Origin: an uncultured Methanosarcinales archaeon
GTDB taxonomy: Archaea; Nanobdellota; Nanobdellia; Woesearchaeales; DSVV01
Direction of reading: 5' to 3'
DNA: 64,000 bases
Assembly (NCBI GenBank): GCA_964556185.1
Contig: CAZKVI010000002.1
Span: 9,930-73,929, forward strand
The position numbers and the translations under genes were made by a program. Shown here piece by piece: positions 28,165-36,164 of this stretch; within the stretch, counting starts at the first letter, position 1; the number at the start of each line of letters is the position of its first letter. Below the pieces are notes generated by a model, which was not told the DNA's origin, did not search any database, and worked only from the letters and a program-made list of their open reading frames with translations.

Positions 28165-28551
28165 TTATTCTTGTGCTTCTAAAAGTTCATTTAATGTTTC
28201 ATATCTTTGCAATGTTGTTTTCATTACATGTTCATCTAATCCATCAAGGTCTTTTTTTATTTGTTCTTTAGAATAAGCAAAATTTATTCCAGAGGAATAT
28301 AGAACTTCATAAACATCTCCTGCTTTTTGAATACTTAATTTTACATCATCAGCATCTACATAAACACCAACAATAAGTTTTTCTCCTAATATCATTGGTC
28401 TTGGTCCAGATCTCCAACAAAAAGTATAGACTGGATCATCAAGGTCTTCTTCACCAACATAAACTCCTTCATTCCAATCTTGACTATCAATATGTCTAAT
28501 TCTTACTTTAGAACCTTTTTCAAGTGTTTTTATTAGTTCTTCTGCACCCAT
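28165..28551 (-). CDS. hypothetical protein
   Basis: 128-aa ORF. No motif recognised. Confidence 0.35.
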   Translation of the reverse strand: MGAEELIKTLEKGSKVRIRHIDSQDWNEGVYVGEEDLDDPVYTFCWRSGPRPMILGEKLIVGVYVDADDVKLSIQKAGDVYEVLYSSGINFAYSKEQIKKDLDGLDEHVMKTTLQRYETLNELLEAQE

Positions 28552-28632
28552 TTCTCATTGGGAATTTGGTTAGTTTAAAAACCTATCTATGTACAGAAAG
28601 GCTTAAAAACAGTATGTGATTACCTTGTTTTT

Positions 28633-29163
28633 ATGGTTAGAGAGATAGATTTGGAATTATTAGCACAAGATACTATTGAATATATGAGAGCATCTCCTGG
28701 AAGAAAATGTAAGGGAGTGAATAAAAGAAAATTAGCTCAAGAAGCAGGCCTTAATAGGGATCATCTCACTGAGATTATTGAACAAAGAACATCAAGAATA
28801 ACACATTTAACACTTGCAAAATTGTGTAGGGTTTATGATTGCGAACCTATGAAATATTTCAAACCACAAGAATCTTATTCAGATGGACAAGTAAATATGG
28901 ATTTATTTGTTAGTGATTTAATTAAATTATTTGCAGATCCTAATTATGAAGACATCAATGATCAAGTTTCTTTAGCTAAAAGATTAGGTACACAGTCCCC
29001 ACAAATTAGTAGAGTATTTACAGGTGTAACTAAAAGAATTCATAGGGGAACTTTAGAAAGATATTGTACTGAATTAGGTTTTGATTCTAAGAAATATGTT
29101 GTAGGATCTTCTTATGCAGTTCCAGGACGTGAAGCTATGGAAACTATTAGGGTTGCTGTATAA
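28633..29163 (+). CDS. tandem HTH (XRE-like) DNA-binding protein
   Basis: Two XRE-type helix-turn-helix segments: 'LAQEAGLNRDHLTEIIEQRTSRITHLTLAKLCRVY' and 'LAKRLGTQSPQISRVFTGVTKRIHRGTLERY'. Confidence 0.5.
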   Translation: MVREIDLELLAQDTIEYMRASPGRKCKGVNKRKLAQEAGLNRDHLTEIIEQRTSRITHLTLAKLCRVYDCEPMKYFKPQESYSDGQVNMDLFVSDLIKLFADPNYEDINDQVSLAKRLGTQSPQISRVFTGVTKRIHRGTLERYCTELGFDSKKYVVGSSYAVPGREAMETIRVAV

Positions 29164-29183
29164 ATAAAAAAGAAAGAAAATTC

Positions 29184-29579
29184 TTATAAATAATCTGCAC
29201 CAGTTGAAGTATCATAAGGTTCTGGAGTTAGTTGTTGAATTTCTTCAAGTCTGCCAAGATATTGGCCACCTAATTGTTCTCCAAGTCCGTATGTTCTAAT
29301 TGGTAAGACCTGTGCAAGTTCAACATCAAGATCACCAGGTACATGATCTAATAAATGTTGTACAGCTGTTCCAAGATCACCATTACGTGCTGCTAATGCT
29401 GCTGTTATGCTTTCAGAATCTGCCGCAACTTCTGTTCCAAAGAATCTTTCTAAAGCTCCACTAATTATTGCATAATTAATATCTGTGAATCTCTCTCCAG
29501 TGTCGTAAGCTACTGTATCAACATCTGCACCAGTAGTACATTCTTCTGTAAGCCAATCTCTATCTTCATTTCCGCTCAT
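29184..29579 (-). CDS. hypothetical acidic protein (lysine-free, compositionally atypical)
   Basis: 131 aa, A/G/D/E/L-rich with zero Lys. Higher GC than surroundings. Confidence 0.35.
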   Translation of the reverse strand: MSGNEDRDWLTEECTTGADVDTVAYDTGERFTDINYAIISGALERFFGTEVAADSESITAALAARNGDLGTAVQHLLDHVPGDLDVELAQVLPIRTYGLGEQLGGQYLGRLEEIQQLTPEPYDTSTGADYL

Positions 29580-29707
29580 TGTTTACACCCTCATTATTTT
29601 GAAACCAAAGGAAGGTATTGCCCAAGGAGATAGGCAATCACCTTTAATATAATAGTAAGGTTTATATACTATAATAACTTACTGTTATTATTATAACAAA
29701 AATAAAG

Positions 29708-30370
29708 GTGATTGTTATGGTTACAGTTATGCAATTAGTAAAGGATATGGTTAGAAAGCGTCCATTTATAGAAGAGGCCTTGGCTAGAGGTATAATCAAT
29801 TATGGATCATTAGCAGATGAATTAAAGCCAGAAATAGAAGCTATACTAGAAAAAGAAGTCAAACATTCTGCAGTAATGATGGCTTTGAGAAGAACAGCTG
29901 AAAATATTGACAAAGCAAAGTTAGCAAGGGTGAAGTTTGATAAAAATACAGATATAACTCTAAAATCTAATTTGTTTGAGATAACTGTTCAAAAAACACC
30001 TACAATATTTCAACAATTGCAAAAACTATACCAAATAGTTGACTTTAATCAAGGGGATAGTTTAACAATTACTCAAGGTCAACATGAAGTAACTATAATT
30101 TCTAATAAAAAGTATAGAAAAAGATTTGAAAAGGTTTTTGAAAAAGAAAAAGTAGTAAAAGTAATTGAAAATCTTGGATCACTTAGTGTAATGATTCCAT
30201 TAGATGCAATTGAACAATATGGTTTGTTTTATGTTGTTACAAGAGAATTATCTTGGGAAAATATTAATATAATTGAATTAGTTTCTACATTAAGAGAAAT
30301 GACTTTAATTTTACATCAGAAAGATGTAACAAGAGCATTTGATATAATGCAGAGATTAGTTAGTGGCTGA
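29708..30370 (+). CDS. hypothetical protein, possibly regulatory
   Basis: 220-aa ORF. The start is uncertain: ATG 29708 or ATG 29717. Confidence 0.35.
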   Translation: MIVMVTVMQLVKDMVRKRPFIEEALARGIINYGSLADELKPEIEAILEKEVKHSAVMMALRRTAENIDKAKLARVKFDKNTDITLKSNLFEITVQKTPTIFQQLQKLYQIVDFNQGDSLTITQGQHEVTIISNKKYRKRFEKVFEKEKVVKVIENLGSLSVMIPLDAIEQYGLFYVVTRELSWENINIIELVSTLREMTLILHQKDVTRAFDIMQRLVSG

Positions 30371-31034
30371 GGACAAAATGTGGATAGGACACTTTAAAGT
30401 TTGGCATAAGAATTGTATTTATCTAGAGAATTCATCTAAATATGATGTTGTTATTTCTATGTATCCATTAACTTCATATAAAGAAGGCAAATATGTTTAT
30501 CATACAAATGTTAATATTTTGACTGGCAAAAATATTGATAAATTTATCAAAGCAATTAAGAAAGATAAACGATGTTTGAATTTTAATGGTTCTGGGAATG
30601 TTTATTTGTCTCATTTACGAATGGATGTTAAAGATTTCCATACAACTAATTATTATACTCCAAAGATTTTTTTATTAAAACCAATTGTTCATAAGAATGG
30701 AAAAGAAGATTGGTATTTTGGTGCTTGGGAAAAAGAAACAATAACTGAATTATATAATACTTTCAAAAAACACTTTAATGTTGAAATGTTGTCAATAAAA
30801 GAAAAAGATTTCACTGATTTATTTATCCCCCACATAATGCCAAAGATAACTGAAAAGCAGAAATTGGCAATTCATCTGGCAATAATGAGTGGTTATTATG
30901 AATTTCCAAGGAAGATTGATTTAAGTAAATTAGCTAAAATGATGAATGTTTCTAGAGTAACTTATCAAGAACATTTGAGAAAAGCAGAAAGGAAATTAAT
31001 TCCGCAGATATTTGGGTATTCTGGTAAGGAGTAA
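30363..31034 (+). CDS. HTH_10 (bacterio-opsin activator-type) transcriptional regulator
   Basis: C-terminal 'ITEKQKLAIHLAIMSGYYEFPRKIDLSKLAKMMNVSRVTYQEHLRKAERKLI' fits the HTH_10 signature (GYFxxPR ... HLRxAExKL). Confidence 0.55.
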   Translation: MAEDKMWIGHFKVWHKNCIYLENSSKYDVVISMYPLTSYKEGKYVYHTNVNILTGKNIDKFIKAIKKDKRCLNFNGSGNVYLSHLRMDVKDFHTTNYYTPKIFLLKPIVHKNGKEDWYFGAWEKETITELYNTFKKHFNVEMLSIKEKDFTDLFIPHIMPKITEKQKLAIHLAIMSGYYEFPRKIDLSKLAKMMNVSRVTYQEHLRKAERKLIPQIFGYSGKE

Positions 31035-31045
31035 GGTTTATAATA
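31033..31045 (+). promoter_or_regulatory. archaeal BRE/TATA promoter
   Basis: 'aaggTTTATAATa' with the TATA ending 22 nt before the ATG at 31067. Confidence 0.4.
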
Positions 31046-31066
31046 GTATGTTAATTTCTTTGTAAA

Positions 31067-31873
31067 ATGAGTACAGATATACCTAGAGAACATTTAGAAT
31101 ATAGGGATGCACTTACAGTTCCAGATGGATATCATCTTTCATATGGGGGAGAATTTGGTTGGCTTCTTGCTAGAGAAGATGTAAATTTAGTTTTCCAATT
31201 AACTGATAGAACTTTTGGAGACCTAGAACAAACTCCACCTGAACAAGATACAAGTGATATTGATTATTGGACAGGTCATGCAATATCAAGATCAATAGAA
31301 GCAATTATTGCAGAAAAAGGAAGGGCAGTTGTTTTGGATGTAGCATGCGGCCCATTAAATAAAGCTGCATACCAAATTGCAGAAAAATACGGTGATCAAG
31401 TTGAGGTAAAAGCTGTTGATTTATGTGGTTCAACAATGGCTTATACTAGGTCCAACCTCGAGAGAAGAACAGGAAGTGCACTTACATTACCTTATGGAGA
31501 TGGATCAATTGATATGGTTTATTCATTTCAGTTTCTTACAAAAATATCTGTGAATGAACTTAGAGTTGCTTTTGGAGAAATATTAAGAGTAATGGGTGAT
31601 AATTCTCAAGCAGTTTTAGGTATTCTAAATACAGATGGCCTGTATACAAATACATGGTTGAATAGATATCGTCGACCATCTTGGATTCCTGAAACAGCAA
31701 TAACTTTTGAAGATCCATTTGATATACATGAAAAACCTTGGGACTATTCCGGAGAAGATTTTAATTTGCATTTTAGACCTGTTACTGAATTTAATCAAAC
31801 AAAGAGTGGTGGTGCAGTATTGGGAAATTGGGGACTTACACCATTTTTACATATTACTAAGGGTAGTAAATAA
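31067..31873 (+). CDS. class I SAM-dependent methyltransferase
   Basis: Motif I 'VVLDVACGP', acidic 'VKAVDL', motif II 'PYGDGSIDMVYS' and motif III 'AFGEILRVMGDNSQAV'. Not convincingly CheR-like. Confidence 0.5.
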   Translation: MSTDIPREHLEYRDALTVPDGYHLSYGGEFGWLLAREDVNLVFQLTDRTFGDLEQTPPEQDTSDIDYWTGHAISRSIEAIIAEKGRAVVLDVACGPLNKAAYQIAEKYGDQVEVKAVDLCGSTMAYTRSNLERRTGSALTLPYGDGSIDMVYSFQFLTKISVNELRVAFGEILRVMGDNSQAVLGILNTDGLYTNTWLNRYRRPSWIPETAITFEDPFDIHEKPWDYSGEDFNLHFRPVTEFNQTKSGGAVLGNWGLTPFLHITKGSK

Positions 31874-31911
31874 CTATTATGTTTAAATATTAGTTCTTAT
31901 TTCTTTAATTA

Positions 31912-32514
31912 ATGTCAACAGATATTTCAAAAGTTGTAGTTATTGGAAGTTCAACTGATGGTTGGGTGGAAGCACAAACTATTCTAGATAGTTTAACTCT
32001 TCCTGAAAATGCTTGTGTTATTTACATTCCTCATGTTCATGCAGATGATGTTTATGATCATTTATCAGCTCATGGAAAAAGAGTTAAGAGAATTGAGCAT
32101 GGAAAACCTCTTGAACCTGGAGTAATTTATGTTGGTATTGATGAAACAGAAGTTGTAATGGGGTGGGGTGCTGATTTAGATGGATTTTATGGAATAAAAA
32201 GAGAACTCTCTTTTGTTGGAGCCAGTGGATCTTATGTTTTCGGATTAGGGAGAGAAACAGAAATGCCAATTGATTCTGCATTTACTGCTGTTGCTGATAC
32301 ATTTGGAGAAGCATCAATTGGACTTATATTAATGGGCATGCAGAACGATGGAGCACATGGTATTGAAGGTGTTAAATCTAAAAATGGAGCTACTTTATCT
32401 AGAGAGCCAACTAGACATCATACAATGCCTTATAATGCAGTACAAACAGGTTGTGTAGATTATGTTTTACCTGTGGAAGAAATAGGTCCAAGGCTTGAAC
32501 AATTATTAGGTTAA
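31912..32514 (+). CDS. CheB-like protein-glutamate methylesterase catalytic domain (stand-alone)
   Basis: 'VVVIGSSTDGW' (Ser region, cf. IGASTGG), 'IYIPHVH' (His region), 'PIDSAF' (Asp region) and 'IGLILMGMQNDGAHGIEGVKSKNGATLSRE...VDYVLPVEEIG' (cf. ILTGMGxDGAxG...GGxTIAQDE...VDxVLPLxxIA). Confidence 0.6.
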   Translation: MSTDISKVVVIGSSTDGWVEAQTILDSLTLPENACVIYIPHVHADDVYDHLSAHGKRVKRIEHGKPLEPGVIYVGIDETEVVMGWGADLDGFYGIKRELSFVGASGSYVFGLGRETEMPIDSAFTAVADTFGEASIGLILMGMQNDGAHGIEGVKSKNGATLSREPTRHHTMPYNAVQTGCVDYVLPVEEIGPRLEQLLG

Positions 32515-32562
32515 TAACCTACATATGTAGGGTAAAATTAGATATAATGTATATTAGTTCTA

Positions 32563-33006
32563 GTGTTTATGATTAAACACACAATATCAATAAACACAAA
32601 AGAACATACAGCTTTCCATGATATAACTAATGGAATACAAGAGTTAATTACTAAAAATAATATCAAAGAAGGGATTGTTGTAGTTAAAACATTGCATACA
32701 ACAACTGCAATTTGTGTTAATGAGAATGAAGAAGGATTAATTAAAGACAAAATAAAGTTTCTTAAGTCAATTATTCCAGAGAATTCTTATTATCATCATG
32801 ATGATTTTTCTAAAAGAACAATCCCAGAAGCAGATAAATATAAAAGAAAGAATGCTTTTTCACATCTTAGAGCACTATTATTGGGCTCTGAAGCAACAAT
32901 AAGTGTTGAAAATAACAAATTATCTTTAGGAACATGGCAATCAATATTTTTTGTTGAATTAGATGGTCCAAGAGATGATAGAAAAATAGAAATATTAGTA
33001 AGATGA
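32563..33006 (+). CDS. YjbQ/UPF0047 family protein
   Basis: 'LHTTTAICVNENEEGL', 'HLRALLLGSEATISVENNKLSLGTWQSIFFVELDGPR' and 'RKIEI' fit the family signature. Confidence 0.7.
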   Translation: MFMIKHTISINTKEHTAFHDITNGIQELITKNNIKEGIVVVKTLHTTTAICVNENEEGLIKDKIKFLKSIIPENSYYHHDDFSKRTIPEADKYKRKNAFSHLRALLLGSEATISVENNKLSLGTWQSIFFVELDGPRDDRKIEILVR

Positions 33007-33359
33007 TAAAAAAAGAATTAAACAATCTAAATTGGAAAGAAAGGTTTGTTTATCTAAAAGATATTCCTTTTGATGAAAAAGATTTGCAACAAAAAGGTTC
33101 AAAATTCCAAATTGTAAAATTCCAACCAAAAACAAGCATAAAACCACATTATCATAAAAAAACAACAGAGATATTTTATGTAAGGAGTGGCGAAGCAATC
33201 ATGAAATTTAATAAAGAAGAAATCTTAGCAAAAAAAGATGATATATTCTTATGCAAACCTAATGATGTTCATGAAGTTATTAATAATTCTGATGAAGAGT
33301 TTGTTTTGTTAATTTTCAAAACTAATGAAGAACCCAATGATTTATACTGGGAAGAGTAA
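33003..33359 (+). CDS. cupin-domain protein
   Basis: 'KPHYHKKTTEIFYVRSGEAIM' and 'DVHEVIN' give cupin motifs 1 and 2. Confidence 0.6.
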   Translation: MIKKELNNLNWKERFVYLKDIPFDEKDLQQKGSKFQIVKFQPKTSIKPHYHKKTTEIFYVRSGEAIMKFNKEEILAKKDDIFLCKPNDVHEVINNSDEEFVLLIFKTNEEPNDLYWEE

Positions 33360-33392
33360 TTACTTCAAAATCCTAAATCTATTCTAAATAAC

Positions 33393-33406
33393 AAACTTTA
33401 TATATA
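33393..33406 (+). promoter_or_regulatory. archaeal BRE/TATA promoter
   Basis: 'aaacTTTATATATA' ends 21 nt before the ATG at 33427. Confidence 0.4.
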
Positions 33407-33426
33407 CAAATACCCAAAATTTCTAT

Positions 33427-34134
33427 ATGAAAATAGAACTATTAAAAAAGCCTCAGAATGTGACCTTAATTGAAGGTTTTCCTGGCTTTGGGTTGGTGGG
33501 GACTATTGCAACAGAATATCTTCTCCAACATATGGATTTTGAATTTATTGGCAAGTTCTGGTTAGAAGAATTACCAGCTACAGTTGTTGTACATTCTGGA
33601 GAATTAGTTCATCCAATTGGAATTTATTATAATAAGAAACATAATATTGCATTAGTTCATGCAATTACTGGAACAGATGGAACAGAATGGCTTTTAGCAG
33701 AAGTTATTAAAGATGTTGCAGTACAATTAAAAGCAAAAGAAATTATAACTTTAGAAGGCGTTGGAACAGCTGCTCAAGTAGAAGAGCCATCTTCTTTTTA
33801 TTATTCAACAAATAAAGATGCTAAAGCTAAATTAAAGAAAAGTAAAATACAACCATTAAAAGAAGGAATTATAATGGGTGTTACTGCTGCATTATTACTG
33901 AAAACTACAAAACCAACAACAGCATTTTTTGCAGATACACATTCTAATTTACCAGACAGTAAAGCAGCTGCAAAAATTATTGAAGCATTGGATTTCTATC
34001 TAGGTATTAATGTAAAAACAGATCCATTGTTAAAAACAGCTGAGCAATTTGAAGATAAGTTAAAAGGCTTATTAACAAAAAGCAAATCTGCTCAGGACGA
34101 ATTAAAGAAAAAACAATTGAGTTATGTTGGATAA
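33427..34134 (+). CDS. PAC2-family proteasome assembly chaperone-like protein (COG1938)
   Basis: N-terminal 'TLIEGFPGFGLVGTIATEYL' is the PAC2-family Gly-rich signature. Size of 235 aa is typical. Confidence 0.6.
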   Translation: MKIELLKKPQNVTLIEGFPGFGLVGTIATEYLLQHMDFEFIGKFWLEELPATVVVHSGELVHPIGIYYNKKHNIALVHAITGTDGTEWLLAEVIKDVAVQLKAKEIITLEGVGTAAQVEEPSSFYYSTNKDAKAKLKKSKIQPLKEGIIMGVTAALLLKTTKPTTAFFADTHSNLPDSKAAAKIIEALDFYLGINVKTDPLLKTAEQFEDKLKGLLTKSKSAQDELKKKQLSYVG

Positions 34135-34255
34135 ATTTTAATATTATTGTAATCTTTACAAAATAGTTGAAAATCTTCTAAGTTTTTTGAACAAGATTAT
34201 TTATAGTAGTTTTTCTTAGGTAAATTTAACTAAAAAATCGAAAAGTTTAAATAAA

Positions 34256-34552
34256 ATGACATACTCTATAGACATATGTTGGCAGGATATGCCAGTTAAG
34301 TATAAAGGATTAAGATTAACTTCATCAAAGAGTGCTTTAAATGAGTTAATGAAATATGGATTTGATCTTGAAGATTGTAAAGAAATATTAGAATTAGGTT
34401 ATCATGGAAGAAAAAGATCTAAAAACAAGATTGAGAAATGGCTTGATAGAAGAGATAAGACATTTAATATTGTAATAGCAAAGGATTTTCATGAAATAAT
34501 GAAAGAAGAAGTCTGGGTAATAATACACCTTGGAAAATTTACTAAAAAATGA
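34256..34552 (+). CDS. small hypothetical protein, upstream partner of the AbrB-like gene
   Basis: 98 aa. Overlaps the next gene by 4 nt. Confidence 0.3.
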   Translation: MTYSIDICWQDMPVKYKGLRLTSSKSALNELMKYGFDLEDCKEILELGYHGRKRSKNKIEKWLDRRDKTFNIVIAKDFHEIMKEEVWVIIHLGKFTKK

Positions 34553-34866
34553 AATGTTACAAATGTAAAAAAGTGATGAAATACACTAAAGGATTAAGGT
34601 TTAATGAGTATAAACTAGATGGATGGAAATGTAGTAAATGTGGTGAAGAATATTATGAACCAGATCAAGTACAAAGAATTTTATTATTGAATAAACTGAA
34701 AAAACAGAAATTTCATCTAAAATTAAGCCAAGTTAAGAGTAATTTAATTCTTAGACTACCTAAAGAAGTTAGTGATGCATTAGGATTAAAAAAAGGCGAA
34801 GAAGTTGAATTTAGTCTTAAAAAGGATAATGAAATGGTAATTCATCCAATGCATGCGAAGGCTTAA
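34549..34866 (+). CDS. zinc-ribbon + AbrB/SpoVT/MazE-like swapped-hairpin DNA-binding protein
   Basis: 'CYKCKK...CSKCGEEYY' forms a zinc ribbon. C-terminal 'LRLPKEVSDALGLKKGEEVEFSLKKDNEMVIHP' is AbrB/SpoVT-type. Confidence 0.45.
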   Translation: MKCYKCKKVMKYTKGLRFNEYKLDGWKCSKCGEEYYEPDQVQRILLLNKLKKQKFHLKLSQVKSNLILRLPKEVSDALGLKKGEEVEFSLKKDNEMVIHPMHAKA

Positions 34867-35397
34867 TTATTCAGTAAACTTTTCCACATGATAAATTTCT
34901 ATATCTAATTGGCCAGAAGTCCATTCATCTGGTAATAATCCTGCTTTAGTGCAGAGATGCGATAGAAATTCTTCTTTGTTTGGCAAGTCTTCCCAAACTT
35001 GAGGTAAGAATGTAGATGAATGAAAGCTTTTTTTTAATACAACACCATCTTTGTTTGTTAATTTGTTTAATAAATCATTTTTATCTTTGTATTCTAGTTT
35101 ATTTGGTTGCGTTAGCACAGAGATTTCTATTTTTAATTTGTCAATTTCATCTTTGCTTACAGGAGGGAACCTAGGATCTCTGTAAGCAGCACTTTTTGCA
35201 CACTCTACAACTGAATCAAATATCGAAGCAATAGGTTGAATATAACCAATACAGCCCCGTAATTGGTTGTTTATTGTTAGTGTTACGAAAACACCTCTAT
35301 TCTCTTGTAGAGAGTCTGGAATATTTTTAGTTATTTCTTCGTTTTTTATTGACTTCCTTGCTATTTTCAATAATAATTCTTTATTTTCTTGATTCAT
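34867..35397 (-). CDS. AMMECR1-domain protein (AmmeMemoRadiSam system protein A)
   Basis: 'GVFVTLTINNQLRGCIGYIQP' is the AMMECR1 signature. Confidence 0.75.
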   Translation of the reverse strand: MNQENKELLLKIARKSIKNEEITKNIPDSLQENRGVFVTLTINNQLRGCIGYIQPIASIFDSVVECAKSAAYRDPRFPPVSKDEIDKLKIEISVLTQPNKLEYKDKNDLLNKLTNKDGVVLKKSFHSSTFLPQVWEDLPNKEEFLSHLCTKAGLLPDEWTSGQLDIEIYHVEKFTE

Positions 35398-35414
35398 TTT
35401 CTCACCAATAATTT

Positions 35415-36164
35415 TTACTCATAAAACGCAAAACTAGAGTAACCTACTACTCTAGTTTTATCTCCTGTTACATCTCCTGAATTTTTATAACACAATTGTT
35501 TAACTTTCCAATTTAATTTCTTAGCAATCTCTAATAATATTAATATTGGTGTTTTTCCACATGCTTCTGTCAGTTTTTCTGGTTGTAAATTTAATATGGC
35601 TTTATTGGTTTTCTCGTCGAGCTTATTAGCAGCTTCGTAATCATAAAAATGACTTAGATCAGAACTAATAATTAACAAAGTGTCTTGGTCTAATAATTTC
35701 ATTATTTTGTCACTTTCTTCTTTTGGATTTAAATCTCCTGTTAATAATGGCATGATTTCAAAATCATCTAATAATAATTGTAAAAAAGGAACTTGTACTT
35801 CTAAACAATGATCCATTGCATGTGCTTGTTCTCTTTTAGTGAAGTCATTTTCAATTAATTTAACTTTTCCTAGTGGTGTTTCCCAATAATCATTATCATC
35901 TGCAATAATCTCATCCATATAAACTTGGTGTGATGGACCAAGTAAAATAATTCTTTTCTTATTTGCTTCTTTTACCAAAGAAAAAGCATATGCAGCTACT
36001 TGTCCAGAATAAGTCCAACCAGCATGCGGTACAATAATTGCTTTGAGTTTTCCATTTATTTCAATCTTAGGAACATTTTCCATGAATTGAGTTACCATTT
36101 CTTTGATTTCTTCTTTATTTCCTGGGTAGAATGCATTTGCCACTGCAGGTTTTCTCATTTCCAT
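35415..36164 (-). CDS. MEMO1-family protein (AmmeMemoRadiSam system protein B)
   Basis: 'AIIVPHAGWTYSGQVAAYAF' and 'GPSH' are MEMO1 signatures. Confidence 0.75.
   Translation of the reverse strand: MEMRKPAVANAFYPGNKEEIKEMVTQFMENVPKIEINGKLKAIIVPHAGWTYSGQVAAYAFSLVKEANKKRIILLGPSHQVYMDEIIADDNDYWETPLGKVKLIENDFTKREQAHAMDHCLEVQVPFLQLLLDDFEIMPLLTGDLNPKEESDKIMKLLDQDTLLIISSDLSHFYDYEAANKLDEKTNKAILNLQPEKLTEACGKTPILILLEIAKKLNWKVKQLCYKNSGDVTGDKTRVVGYSSFAFYE

Noticed and set aside
28618-28626. Interpreting the shared 'gtgattacc' motif as a Shine-Dalgarno site
   Set aside because: Spacing to the ATG is 12 nt, too long, and the core GGAGG is absent. The organism's clear SD at 8128-8135 is GAGGTGAT with 5-nt spacing. 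The motif is more consistent with a TSS-proximal element.
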